Shown piece by piece: positions 36,383-46,221 of a stretch of 64,000 nt of DNA. The DNA comes from an uncultured Spirochaetales bacterium (GTDB lineage: Bacteria; Myxococcota_A; UBA9160; UBA6930), in contig CAZTOU010000009.1 of assembly GCA_964615365.1 (NCBI GenBank), positions 66,309 through 130,308 on the forward strand, in the 5' to 3' direction. The first letter of the stretch is position 1, and every line of letters starts with the position of its first letter. The notes beneath the pieces were generated by a model. That model saw only the letters and a program-made list of their open reading frames with translations. It did not search any database and was not told the DNA's origin. Position numbers and translations under genes: made by a program.

Positions 36383-37132
36383 ATGAGCATCGCACTCGGA
36401 CTCGACATCGGCGGATCGGGAATCAAAGGGGCTCTCGTTGACCCGGCCAGCGGGGAGCTGGCCTCGGAGCGCAAACGGGTCCCGACACCGGAGTCCCTGG
36501 AACCCGACGAGGTGCTGGCTGCCGCCGTCGAGCTCGTGAGCCAGTTCGAGGGAAGCGGCCCCTTGGGCATCGGCTTCCCGGCGGTGGTGCAGGAGGGCAC
36601 GCCAACGACGCCCTTCTCCGCCCACCAGATCGAATCCTGGGTGGGAGTGCCCGTTGCCAGGCGCATCGAAGAGCAAACGAAGAGGTCCACCCTGGTGCTC
36701 AACGACGCCGATGCGGCGGGTATCGCGGAGATGCGCCTGGGCAGTGGCCGCGGGCAGCGCGGCCTGGTGATGATCCTGACCCTGGGCACGGGAATCGGCA
36801 GTGCCATGTTCATCGACGGGACCCTGGTCCCCAACACCGAACTCGGACACCTGTACCTGCGCAACCAGAGCAAGGTGGCCGAGCAGCGCGCCGCGTCCCG
36901 GGTCCGCGAGCGAGACAAGCTCAAGTGGCCCGCCTACGCGAAGCGACTCAACGAGTACCTGGTCCACCTCGAGCGCCTCTTCTCGCCACGGCTGTTCATC
37001 CTCGGGGGCGGAGTAAGCCGCAAGGCCGAGAAGTTCGTGCCCCGGCTGAAGGTCCGCGCAGAGGTGGTGCCCGCCGCCCTACGCAACAACGCCGGCATCA
37101 TCGGCGCCGCAATCGCCGCGGCCGAGCAGTAG
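36383..37132 (+). CDS. ppgK: Polyphosphate/ATP glucokinase (ROK family)
   Basis: ATG at 36383. ATP-binding LGLDIGGSGIKGA and NDADAAG, TLGTGIGSA; length and the lack of a Cys-rich Zn motif fit PpgK-type ROK kinases. Confidence 0.85.
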   Translation: MSIALGLDIGGSGIKGALVDPASGELASERKRVPTPESLEPDEVLAAAVELVSQFEGSGPLGIGFPAVVQEGTPTTPFSAHQIESWVGVPVARRIEEQTKRSTLVLNDADAAGIAEMRLGSGRGQRGLVMILTLGTGIGSAMFIDGTLVPNTELGHLYLRNQSKVAEQRAASRVRERDKLKWPAYAKRLNEYLVHLERLFSPRLFILGGGVSRKAEKFVPRLKVRAEVVPAALRNNAGIIGAAIAAAEQ

Positions 37133-37160
37133 CTGGCCGAGGCCCAGCCGTCTCTTCTTC

Positions 37161-38600
37161 CTACATCCCCGAATCGAATACCACGGTCTGTCCATGTCTG
37201 ACTACGATGCCTTCGCCCACCGGCAACGGCTCGGTCATGCCTTCCTGCAAGACGTAGAGGTCATAGGCGCCCGGCGGCACGGGGAAATTCTTCCACAAGG
37301 GCCAGTCATTGTCCCAGCGGCGGCGCACCTCGAGGATGGTCTTGCCCGAGCCAGCGGGGTGCAGGTCCCAGCCGGTCACTCCGGGCGCCTCCACGAGGGC
37401 GATCCCCGAGTCCATGGTGACCACCGTCTCCCTGCCGTCTGACACCTCGATGTCCTTGGCCACCGGAGCGGGGAAGTCGGAGCGGCCCAGGACGAAGACC
37501 AGAGTGTAGGTCCCGGCCGGGACCGGCTTGGGTCTGTAGAGGTAGTAATCGTTGCCCTTGGCATGGAGGGTGACGAAATCCTTGCCGGTGGCCTGGTCGA
37601 TCAGCCCCACGGCCACGATCCCTTCGTTCAAGCCCTCGGCCATGTTGATCACCACTGCACCCAGATTGATTCTCGTGGTCTCGCCCCCGATCACCTCCAC
37701 CTCGCCGATCGGCGCTTCGGAGGCCGGCTGGTAATTGGTGTTGGCAAAGGCGAGGACCACCTTGTACTTGCCCGCCATCAGGGGATGGCTGGCGCTGGCG
37801 GCGGGCTCGGCCTTCTTCAGGAGCTTGCCGTCCGCGGAGCGGATGATTCTGATCTCGGCCAGGCTGATCACCGCGCTCTGGGGCATGGTGATCTCGAGCT
37901 TTCCCAAGCGGGACTTCGTGGCCACCTTGGTGGTCTTGGCCTGCTTCACCTTGACCACCACGTCCTCTTTCACCGTATCCAGCGCGGCCAGGAGGCTCCT
38001 GGCATCGCCGGCCGGGAAGTACCGGCCATCGCCGGCCTTCGCCAGGCACTCGAGCTGCTCGGTGGCCTCGTCACCCACGCCGAAGCCCACGACGTGCAGC
38101 ACGAACTTGATGCCCGCCGCTTTCAGATTCTTCACCACTCCGCATGGGTCGTCGTGGCAGGTCTCGATGCCGTCGGAGACCAGCACGATCGTGGTCTCGT
38201 TCTCATTCTGCTTGAGCGTGTCGGCCACCATCTTCACCGAGGCGGCGAGGGGTGTCTTGCCCTTGGGAGTGAGCGTCTCGACCTTCGCGATCAACCCCTG
38301 GCGGTTGTCGCTGCCCGAGGGGAGCAGGATCTCGATGTCCTCACAATCACCCTTGCGGCGGTGTCCATAGGCGGCCAGGCCTGCCTTTACCTCTGCGGGC
38401 AAGGCCGGAACGGCCTGGGCCATGACATCCCTGGCGACCTCGATCTTCGTCTGGCTGCCGGCCGGGCCCCACATGCTGCCCGAGGCGTCGAGGATGAACA
38501 TCACCTCCGGAAGGTTGGAGGCAGCCCCACCGGATGCGGGCCACAAGAGCCCGCCCAGGAGCACGGCGAGGAATCCGAATCCGATCTGCCTGGCGATCAT
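37161..38600 (-). CDS. Secreted von Willebrand factor A (vWA) domain protein with a C-terminal beta-rich region
   Basis: Signal peptide, MIDAS motif ILDASGSM, then TPL and SDG(I)ET blocks of vWA. The C-terminal ~250 aa are of unknown function. Confidence 0.85.
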   Translation of the reverse strand: MIARQIGFGFLAVLLGGLLWPASGGAASNLPEVMFILDASGSMWGPAGSQTKIEVARDVMAQAVPALPAEVKAGLAAYGHRRKGDCEDIEILLPSGSDNRQGLIAKVETLTPKGKTPLAASVKMVADTLKQNENETTIVLVSDGIETCHDDPCGVVKNLKAAGIKFVLHVVGFGVGDEATEQLECLAKAGDGRYFPAGDARSLLAALDTVKEDVVVKVKQAKTTKVATKSRLGKLEITMPQSAVISLAEIRIIRSADGKLLKKAEPAASASHPLMAGKYKVVLAFANTNYQPASEAPIGEVEVIGGETTRINLGAVVINMAEGLNEGIVAVGLIDQATGKDFVTLHAKGNDYYLYRPKPVPAGTYTLVFVLGRSDFPAPVAKDIEVSDGRETVVTMDSGIALVEAPGVTGWDLHPAGSGKTILEVRRRWDNDWPLWKNFPVPPGAYDLYVLQEGMTEPLPVGEGIVVRHGQTVVFDSGM

Positions 38601-39039
38601 GGTTTCTCCTTCGAGGGAATGGCCAGGAACTCCCCGTCCCCAGTGCGTTCCATCATCACAGCAGTTTCGGCTACAAGCCCGGGGTACCTGAGTACTCCCG
38701 TCGTGAAGACCGAGCCGGAGTATCGGGTTGGGCCCGGGACCCGCCGGAGTCGGGAAAGGGGCGGCTGCATCCGCTCGCTCTCGACTCGTCGGAACTGCAT
38801 CGACCTAGGGATATCGACTCAGACTCGCAGCGGGAGTTGACTCGTTGCGGGTTCGGGCTTAATACCGCCTCTCCCTGCTTCTCCCCAATGGGATCATTCC
38901 GAGGGGGGTCTTCATCTTTGCACGTGAGAGCTGGCGTCGCTTATCGCTGTACGCGCCACCAGGCGGCGGTTAGGATGAGTCAGGGGAGAAGGCCGAGCCC
39001 AGGCGCTGGCTGCCACGGCGAAGCCAAGGGGAGGGTCAC

Positions 39040-40275
39040 ATGCGCAGAGCCACCCAGCACCTCGGATTCTCACGCCGTTCCGTCTTCCTCCTCCTGTCCG
39101 CCACTCTCTTCTCGGGCCTCGCCGCCGGCTCCGCAAGCGGTCAGATCTTTCTCGAGGACAATTTTCCCGGCCATGCCGAGGACCCCGACTGGGACTACTC
39201 GTGGAATGTCGGGATCGGAACGACCACCTTCGACGCGACCAGCCCTGGCTTCGCCCACCTGAATCTCGCCGGCCCCTGGTCCGCTCCGCCCCCTCAGTAC
39301 CAGAACGCCGAGATCATCCGGTACTCGGTTCCGGCCTACTACAACTTCGAGGTGCGGCTTCGCAACAACAACAACAACGGCTGGGATGCGCCCGGCGCTC
39401 CGGGCACTCCGGACCCCACCTACGGGCTTGGCTCCCGGGGCTGGGGCCTCTGGGACAGCAACATCTCCTCCATTCAGGAGGTGATCTGGTTCACGAGCAT
39501 CTCACCGGAGTCCTCGCCGCCCTTTGCCGGAACCCGCGTCGTCGTCGCGCACGGAGGCCTGCCCGTGGTCTGGCAGGATCTGGGGATCGATCTGACCGAG
39601 TGGCACACCTACCGCGTCCAGTGGCGGGAGGACTACATCGGGATATTCATCGACGACATGGTCACTCCCATCGCCGAGGTCACCGATCCCGGAAGCATTC
39701 CGAGCGTGGGTCTCAACTTCACGACCTGGATCGACAACTACGTCGTCACCGGAGAACTCACCGACCCGACGTACGGCTACCTCGACGTGCCGGCCATGGA
39801 TCAGTACATCGACGTCGACTACGTGAAGATCTACCGCTTCGCTTGCAGCAATGGGGTCGACGACGATGGCGACGGTCTTGCCGACCACCCGAACGACCCC
39901 GGTTGCGCCGATCCAGCCAGCGACATCGAGAACCCCCAGTGCCAGGACGGGATCAACAACGACCCGGGACAGGATCCGGATCCCGGTTTGATCGACTTCG
40001 ACGGCGGACAGTCGATCTGGGGCGCGTGCACCGGCCAGCAGGGAGGGTGCCCCGCCAACGTGAGTGATCCCGAAGGAGACGGCGTCGCGAACCCGGACCC
40101 CCAGTGCGTTGACAAGCCGTGGAAGAACAACGAGAACGCGTGGACCTGCGGCCTGGGCTCCGAGCTGGCCTTGCTCCTGCCCCCTCTGATCTGGCTCTCC
40201 GTGAGGCGCAGACGCCACGCTCGACCGCTCGATGCCGAGGTCAGTCGACGGCGAGGCCGAGTAGCCGCTCGATGA
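39040..40275 (+). CDS. Secreted concanavalin-A-like lectin/glucanase-fold protein with a Cys-bracketed Asp-rich module and a hydrophobic/Arg-rich tail
   Basis: Signal peptide (LLLSATLFSGLAAGSASG). ConA-like/GH16-like block EWHTYRVQWREDYIGIFIDD, but no ExDxxE catalytic motif is seen. The C-terminus has CSNGVDDDGDGLADHPNDPGC and CQDGINND..., then CGLGSELALLLPPLIWLSVRRRR. Confidence 0.8.
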   Translation: MRRATQHLGFSRRSVFLLLSATLFSGLAAGSASGQIFLEDNFPGHAEDPDWDYSWNVGIGTTTFDATSPGFAHLNLAGPWSAPPPQYQNAEIIRYSVPAYYNFEVRLRNNNNNGWDAPGAPGTPDPTYGLGSRGWGLWDSNISSIQEVIWFTSISPESSPPFAGTRVVVAHGGLPVVWQDLGIDLTEWHTYRVQWREDYIGIFIDDMVTPIAEVTDPGSIPSVGLNFTTWIDNYVVTGELTDPTYGYLDVPAMDQYIDVDYVKIYRFACSNGVDDDGDGLADHPNDPGCADPASDIENPQCQDGINNDPGQDPDPGLIDFDGGQSIWGACTGQQGGCPANVSDPEGDGVANPDPQCVDKPWKNNENAWTCGLGSELALLLPPLIWLSVRRRRHARPLDAEVSRRRGRVAAR

Positions 40276-40855
40276 CGGCACCGCCCAGCCAGGAGCCGAT
40301 GGCGAGCAGGCCGAGCGCCGAGAGGCGGAGGAAGGTCGAGGCGTCGAAGGGCCAGGTGCTCGCTCTCTCGGTTCGGGCCTCCAGCGCGAGCAATCCCGGC
40401 AGCCGGGCGGCGGCATCGACGGCGCCCGGTCCATCGCCGAGCACCTCGCCGCGCTCCTTCTGGATCGCCGAGCGCAGCAGCGAGAGCTCGCGTCGTTTCT
40501 CCGCATCGAGGCGCCGGTGCACGGCTCTCAACGATTGGAGCATCACGATGGCCCCGACGCTCAGCGTGCCGATCAAGATGAAGACGTGCGTCCAGAGGAA
40601 GCCGAAGCGGAGAAACAGAAGCGACGCGATCGAGCTCCCCAGCAGCCAGTACAGCGCGGAGCGGAGCCCCCTGCGCGCGTAGGGCGCGAGGGGACGGAGA
40701 TCGAGGAGATCGACTCGGATCTCCCGGGTGACCCTCTCGTCGAGCCGCGCCTGGAGCGCGATTCCGGTGTAGGCGAGGCGACCCATCAGGGCGAAGATGC
40801 CGAGGATGAGCCAGAGATACGAGAACGGAAGCCTGTCGGTGAGCCCGCGCTCCAT
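40241..40855 (-). CDS. Hypothetical integral membrane protein (4 predicted TM segments)
   Basis: ATG-initiated and GC3-rich, with hydrophobic segments (YLWLILGIFALMG, LYWLLGSSIASLLFL, VFILIGTLSVGAIVML, LLAIGSWLGGAVI). Its 3' end overlaps the 39040..40275 gene by 35 nt. Confidence 0.55.
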   Translation of the reverse strand: MERGLTDRLPFSYLWLILGIFALMGRLAYTGIALQARLDERVTREIRVDLLDLRPLAPYARRGLRSALYWLLGSSIASLLFLRFGFLWTHVFILIGTLSVGAIVMLQSLRAVHRRLDAEKRRELSLLRSAIQKERGEVLGDGPGAVDAAARLPGLLALEARTERASTWPFDASTFLRLSALGLLAIGSWLGGAVIERLLGLAVD

Positions 40856-40992
40856 CTCCCCGCCCTGCTCCTTCGGTTAGGAGGCGAATAGTGGCGTCGC
40901 CAGCCTCTCCCCGGCCACCAGGAGCCGTTGCTATCTCAATACTGTGTGATCTATGCTTTCGCCAACGACGAGATCTCCTGGCCGTCCCCGGA

Positions 40993-43491
40993 ATGAACGA
41001 GAACCCCCACTCCAATTACCGCACCGCGACGGATGCCGAGTCCATCCGGCGGTCGTTCCTCGACAATCTCTACTTCGTTCAGGCTCGGTTTGCCGAGGTG
41101 GCGTCAAAGAACGACTTCTATCTGGCCTTGGCATGGACCGTGCGCGATCGGCTCTTGCGAAATTGGATCGATACGGCGAGCACCTACTATCGACAGGCGA
41201 GCCGAAGTGTCTGCTACCTGTCCGCCGAATACCTTCCCGGTCCTCATCTGCGAAATGCCCTGTCGAGCTTGGGGATCGAGCCGCCGATGCGTCGGGCCCT
41301 GGCGGGCCTCGGCCTGGACCTCGACGAGATTGCGGCGCTGGAGCCGGAGCCCGGTCTCGGCAATGGCGGTCTGGGCCGCCTGGCGGCGTGCTACCTGGAT
41401 TCTCTCGCCACACTGCAGGTCCCCGCCATCGGCTACGGGATCCGCTACGAGTTCGGCATCTTCGAACAGGCGATCAGGGGAAACCGCCAGGTGGAGCTCG
41501 CCGACAAGTGGCTGCGCTCCGGGAATCCCTGGGAGATCCCGCGTCCGGAGATCAGCTTCGAGGTCGGGTTCGGAGGAAGGACCGAGCACTACAAAGACGG
41601 CTCGGGACGGTTCCGAGTACGATGGCAGCCCCAGCGTCTGGTCAGAGGCGTCGCCTTCGATACGCCAATTCCCGGCTTCCGCGTTCCCACCGTCAATCTG
41701 CTCAGACTGTGGAGCGCCCAGGCTTGTGAGTCGTTCGACATCGAGGCGTTCAATGTGGGCGACTACGAGCGCGCCGTCGAAGAGAAGATCGCCTCGGAGA
41801 CCATCAGCAAGGTGCTCTACCCCAACGACGAGCCGGCGCAGGGCAAGCGCCTGCGCCTGGAGCAGCAGTACTTCTTCTGTTCCTGCGCGATGCAGGACAC
41901 CCTCCGCCTGCTCCTGCAACAGAACGACTCCCTGGATCTGCTTCCAGAGAAGTTCGCGGTCCAGCTCAATGACACCCATCCAGCCATCGCCATTGCGGAG
42001 CTGATGCGCCTCCTCGTCGACGTCCACGGATTGGAGTGGGACACCGCATGGAAGCTGGTTCGCGAGACCTTCGCCTATACGAATCACACCCTGCTCCCAG
42101 AGGCGCTCGAGACATGGTCGGTGGACCTGATTGGCGCGGTGTTGCCCAGGCATCTCGAGATCATCTACGAGATCAACCACCGCTTTTTGGAAGGGGTCCG
42201 TGCGCTCTTCCCGGACGATGGTGCGCTATTGGCCCGCCTGTCACTCATCGACGAGGGGCACGGTCGCAGTGTGCGCATGGCCCATCTGGCGTGTGTCGCG
42301 AGCCATCGCATCAATGGCGTAGCGGAGCTGCACAGCCGCCTGCTGGCGGAGCGGGTGCTCACCGATTTCCACGCCTTGGAGCCGCAGCGCTTCACCAACG
42401 TGACGAACGGCGTGACCCCGCGCCGGTTCCTGATTCTCGCGAACCCGCAGTTGACCTCCCTGATCAACGATTCGATAGGCGACGGCTGGACGAGAGATCT
42501 GGAATGCCTGCGGGAGCTCGAAGACTGGGCAGACAAACCGGATTTCTTCGATGCCTGGCGCGAAGTCAAGCTTCACAACAAACGCACGCTGGCGCAGACC
42601 ATCCGCAGGACCTCGGGGGTCGATGCCGAGCCGGAGAGCCTGTTCGACATCCAGGCCAAACGCTTCCACGAGTACAAACGCCAACAACTGAACATCTTGT
42701 TCGTCATCAGCCGCTATCTGGACCTCAAACGCGGCTCGGGTCACGATGCGCCGTCGCGCACCTGGGTGTTCGCTGGCAAGGCCGCCCCCGGATATCGCCT
42801 CGCCAGGCTCATCATCGAGCTGATCCAAGGCGTCGCCCAGGTGGTGAACGGAGACCCCGAGGTTCACGACCGGATGCGTGTGGGCTTCCTGCCCAACTTC
42901 AACGTCAGCAGTGCCGAGCGGATCTATCCAGCCGCCGATCTTTCCGAGCAGATCTCGACCGCGGGTATGGAGGCCTCTGGAACGGGGAACATGAAGTTCG
43001 CTCTCAACGGCGCCTTGACCATCGGGACGCTGGACGGAGCCAACATCGAGATTCGCCAGCGCGTGGGCGCCGACAACTTCTTTCTTTTTGGCCTCACCGA
43101 ATCCGAAGTCGAGGAGCGCCGCGCCAGCCGCTACCGGCCGCGCGAGTGCTATCTCGCAGATCCCCAGCTTTCCACAGCCATCGATGCCGTCGACGAAGGG
43201 CTCTTCTCCGAAGGCGACGCCAACCGGTTCCGCCCCCTGGTCGACTCCCTGCTGGAGCATGACCATTTCCTGGTCCTGGCGGATTTCGCCGCGTATCGGG
43301 AGTGCCAGGAGAGAGTGGATCTGACCTGGAAGGACGCCACCGCATGGACGAGGGCGTCCATTTTGAACACCGCCCGCAGCGGATGGTTCTCATCGGACCG
43401 AGCCGTCGCGGAGTACTGCGAGCACATCTGGCGGGTCTCACCGGTGCCGGTCGAGCGGGATTCGGAGGTTGGCCCCGATGCTGCCCGGTAG
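40993..43491 (+). CDS. glgP: Glycogen/maltodextrin phosphorylase
   Basis: ATG at 40993. Family blocks YLSAEYLPG, GLGNGGLGRLAAC, and the PLP-lysine motif EASGTGNMKFALNGA. Confidence 0.92.
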   Translation: MNENPHSNYRTATDAESIRRSFLDNLYFVQARFAEVASKNDFYLALAWTVRDRLLRNWIDTASTYYRQASRSVCYLSAEYLPGPHLRNALSSLGIEPPMRRALAGLGLDLDEIAALEPEPGLGNGGLGRLAACYLDSLATLQVPAIGYGIRYEFGIFEQAIRGNRQVELADKWLRSGNPWEIPRPEISFEVGFGGRTEHYKDGSGRFRVRWQPQRLVRGVAFDTPIPGFRVPTVNLLRLWSAQACESFDIEAFNVGDYERAVEEKIASETISKVLYPNDEPAQGKRLRLEQQYFFCSCAMQDTLRLLLQQNDSLDLLPEKFAVQLNDTHPAIAIAELMRLLVDVHGLEWDTAWKLVRETFAYTNHTLLPEALETWSVDLIGAVLPRHLEIIYEINHRFLEGVRALFPDDGALLARLSLIDEGHGRSVRMAHLACVASHRINGVAELHSRLLAERVLTDFHALEPQRFTNVTNGVTPRRFLILANPQLTSLINDSIGDGWTRDLECLRELEDWADKPDFFDAWREVKLHNKRTLAQTIRRTSGVDAEPESLFDIQAKRFHEYKRQQLNILFVISRYLDLKRGSGHDAPSRTWVFAGKAAPGYRLARLIIELIQGVAQVVNGDPEVHDRMRVGFLPNFNVSSAERIYPAADLSEQISTAGMEASGTGNMKFALNGALTIGTLDGANIEIRQRVGADNFFLFGLTESEVEERRASRYRPRECYLADPQLSTAIDAVDEGLFSEGDANRFRPLVDSLLEHDHFLVLADFAAYRECQERVDLTWKDATAWTRASILNTARSGWFSSDRAVAEYCEHIWRVSPVPVERDSEVGPDAAR

Positions 43492-43492
43492 A

Positions 43493-44803
43493 TCACGGCT
43501 CGGAAGCGAACAGCAGCGTCGCCAGTCTCTCCCCGACCCACTCTCCCGCCACCCGGTTCCCGAGGTCGCTCAGGTGGGTGTCGACGATCCGGTAGTGCTC
43601 GCTTCCGCCCCGGAGCAACTCCGTGGTGTCGAGGACCGGCGATCCTTCCACGTTGTCCTCGATCCAGCGGCGAAGGCGCTCGAGATCATGTCCCTCGGCG
43701 ACGAGGTCGCGGCCCAGGAGTCGGCGGAGATCCTCGTCGACCAGGATCCGATCCGGAAAGACGACGAGGACGAAGGGAGCTTCGAGCCGGCGCGCCGCCT
43801 CCGAGAGGCCGCGGAGCGCCTGTGACATCACCCCCGTCGCCGCCGGGGATGCCCCCGCGGAGTCGTTCGCGTCGAGTCGCCGCTCCACCAGGGACCGGAG
43901 CGCATCTCCGATCTCGGTGAGCTTCTCCCCCTCGGTCCGGCAGGGCCCCTCGCGGCGAAGCGTCTGCTCGCGGGCGCCGCGGTCGAGGCGGCTGGTGCGG
44001 GAGAGAAAGAGCGCGTAGCGAAAGGCCCGGGAGTTCAGGGGGTGAAGGAGCCGCAGGAGTCGCGACTCGGGAAAGCGGAAGTTGATCCCGGAGACCACGC
44101 GGCGCTCGGTTCCAGGTAGGTTGTCGGTGAAGTCGTTCTCGAGGAAGAGGCCGTAGACGACGGCGTCGAAGCCGTAGCCCTCGGCCGCCAGGTGCTCGAG
44201 GAGGTTCCGGGCATCCACCGGCCCGTAGCCACCGACTCCGGCGTTCATCGCCTCGACCGGAGCCCCGATCCGCTCCGACAGCCGCCCCGCCGCCACCTCC
44301 GGATAGTTGCAGCCGGGGGAGCTGCCGCTCCCCTCGGTGTAGGAGTCCCCGAGGAAGAGGATGCGCAGGCGGTCCGCGCGCTTCGCGTAGGGCGAAGCGG
44401 TTCGAAAGCCGTACGGGGACCCGGCGTGGGCCTTCTTCACCCACACCCACTGGCCGGAGTCGGACTGGAGCTCCCGGTAGGGACCCCCGAGATGGGAAGA
44501 CGCGCCTCGCGACACCAGCGTCGCATCGGCGGCGAAGAGCAGGAGCTCCAGGAGCAGGAAGGAGGCGATCAGCCCTCGGATGGCGCCCGCGGGCGGGATC
44601 GGCTTCCGGCGAAGCATCTCGGCGACGAACAGCGCGGCGATCGCCGCGAAGACGGCCAGCGACGCGGCCGAGAGCCACTCGTACTCCGCGCGTCCCTCGT
44701 TGAAGAGCCCCAGCGGAAGCGCCCCGGTCTGATCCTGTATCCAGATCGCCACCAGGACCGCGACCGCCCAGAGGAGAAAGGCGATGCGCACCACCGGGGC
44801 CAT
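43493..44803 (-). CDS. Membrane-anchored SGNH/GDSL-family hydrolase
   Basis: N-terminal TM helices, SGNH block I ILFLGDSYTEG and block V DTHLSDLG. Start is the ATG at 44803, or the TTG at 44818 overlapping the kinase stop. Confidence 0.75.
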   Translation of the reverse strand: MAPVVRIAFLLWAVAVLVAIWIQDQTGALPLGLFNEGRAEYEWLSAASLAVFAAIAALFVAEMLRRKPIPPAGAIRGLIASFLLLELLLFAADATLVSRGASSHLGGPYRELQSDSGQWVWVKKAHAGSPYGFRTASPYAKRADRLRILFLGDSYTEGSGSSPGCNYPEVAAGRLSERIGAPVEAMNAGVGGYGPVDARNLLEHLAAEGYGFDAVVYGLFLENDFTDNLPGTERRVVSGINFRFPESRLLRLLHPLNSRAFRYALFLSRTSRLDRGAREQTLRREGPCRTEGEKLTEIGDALRSLVERRLDANDSAGASPAATGVMSQALRGLSEAARRLEAPFVLVVFPDRILVDEDLRRLLGRDLVAEGHDLERLRRWIEDNVEGSPVLDTTELLRGGSEHYRIVDTHLSDLGNRVAGEWVGERLATLLFASEP

Positions 44804-44814
44804 TCGTATCACCG

Positions 44815-46221
44815 TCAACGTCTCTGCGAGTCGGCGGAAACGGTGGGAAGCACGATGGTGAAGGTGGATCCCCTCCCGGGCTCGCTGTCGAGGAAGATGT
44901 CGCCACCGTGGGCGCGGGCGATCTCTCGGGCCAGGGGAAGGCCGAGGCCGACGCCCGGCGCCTCGGGCCGCGCCGCCACTCGCTGGAAGGGCTCGAAGAC
45001 ATTCGACGCCTGCTCCGGCTCGATCCCGACGCCGGTGTCGCGGACGATCACGCGCACCCGCCCCTCGTCCGGCGCGATCACCACCTCGATGCGCCCGCCG
45101 GCGGGCGTGTACTTGACGGCGTTGTGGAGCAGGTTGGCGAAGAGCTGGTGAAGCCAGCTGGGATCGCCGGGTACGGTGACCGGATCGGCGGACTGAACCA
45201 GGAGCTGCACCCCCGCGTCGTCCGCCAGCGGCCGGAAGAACTCCACCACCTCTCCGAGGAGAGAGGAGATCTCCACGGGAACCTTCTGGTCGGGCTGGAG
45301 CCCTGCCTCGGACTGGGCCAGTCGCATCATCGCGTGGACCGAGTCCGAGAGCGATCCCACCTCCTCGGCCATCTCGCCGAGGATCCGCCGGTACTCCTCG
45401 GGCTCGCGCTCCTTTTCCAGGGTCACGTCGATTCGGCTGCGCAACGCGTTCAGGGGAGTACGCAGCTCGTGGGCGGCGTTGGCCGCGAAGCGCTGCATCC
45501 GACTCACGCTGGCGCGGATGCTGGCGATCATCTCGTTCAGCGTGTGCGCCAGATCGTCGAGCTCGTCCCGGTTCCCCGTGGTGGGAATCGTCTCGTCCAG
45601 GTGCGTCCCCCGGATGCGGCGGGCGGTGAGGTTGATCTCCTTGATGGGCCGGAGGCTCCCCCGTGCCAGCCAGGACCCGAGCCCCGCCGTCAGGAGCAGG
45701 AGAACCGGAAGCGAGTAGAGGTAGATGTCCCGAACGGATCGGGCATTGCGGACGAAGCGGCGGGTGTAGAGGGCACCCTGGACGAAGCCGCGCTTCACCG
45801 GCACCTCCATCACCAGGTAGGGGTAGTTCTCCCCGAAGTCCGCCTGGTACCAGACGCGGTCCCGGCTCTCGTCGTCCAGGCCTCCGGAGAGCCCGAGCTC
45901 GAAGAGGGCCAGAGATCCTCTCTCGAGCAGAACGGATCCCTCTGCGTCGAAGACTCGGATGCCGAGCTTGAGATCGGACTCCGCGATGACGATGTTGCGC
46001 TCGACGGTCTCGACCACGGAGGGCGCGGTTGCCCGGGAATCCCGAATCGCGTTGGCGATCTCCTTCACCTGCAGCTCCAGGTGAAGCTTCGCGTCCCTCT
46101 CGGTGCGGTTCACCACCTGGGTATAGGTGTAGGCGGCGAAGATCGACACGGTGACCAGAAGCGCCGCGGTGTAGCGCAGCGTCCAGCGGGCGCCGATCGA
46201 GACGGGTCGCCGCACCCTCAT
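44815..46221 (-). CDS. Sensor histidine kinase, CusS/heavy-metal-sensor-like (2 TM, HAMP, HisKA, HATPase)
   Basis: ATG at 46221 overlaps the regulator stop (ATGA). H-box AAHELRTPLNAL, N-box LLHNAVKYTP, G-boxes DTGVGI/GVGLGL. Track ORF 44815..46947 runs on through the regulator gene in another frame. Confidence 0.85.
   Translation of the reverse strand: MRVRRPVSIGARWTLRYTAALLVTVSIFAAYTYTQVVNRTERDAKLHLELQVKEIANAIRDSRATAPSVVETVERNIVIAESDLKLGIRVFDAEGSVLLERGSLALFELGLSGGLDDESRDRVWYQADFGENYPYLVMEVPVKRGFVQGALYTRRFVRNARSVRDIYLYSLPVLLLLTAGLGSWLARGSLRPIKEINLTARRIRGTHLDETIPTTGNRDELDDLAHTLNEMIASIRASVSRMQRFAANAAHELRTPLNALRSRIDVTLEKEREPEEYRRILGEMAEEVGSLSDSVHAMMRLAQSEAGLQPDQKVPVEISSLLGEVVEFFRPLADDAGVQLLVQSADPVTVPGDPSWLHQLFANLLHNAVKYTPAGGRIEVVIAPDEGRVRVIVRDTGVGIEPEQASNVFEPFQRVAARPEAPGVGLGLPLAREIARAHGGDIFLDSEPGRGSTFTIVLPTVSADSQRR

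Noticed and set aside
34160-36967. Track ORFs that look like single giant genes: 34160..36967, 44815..46947, 57425..60034, 49385..52546, 61051..62070, 61883..62803, 5825..6868 and 6680..8422.
   Set aside because: Their N-terminal portions are low-complexity and overlap neighbouring real genes on another frame or strand. Internal starts with RBS, signal peptides or stop/start coupling give proteins of normal family length.
38847-38860. GCGGGTTCGGGCTT resembling a tRNA T-arm in the large intergenic gap.
   Set aside because: No acceptor stem, D-arm or anticodon arm can be drawn around it, and the GGTTCGAATCC-type consensus is not met.
39040-39843. Calling the 411-aa protein a GH16 glucanase.
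   Set aside because: The fold-level block (EWHTYRVQW..IGIFIDD) is present, but I could not find the ExDxxE catalytic motif. I therefore describe it only as ConA-like/lectin-fold.
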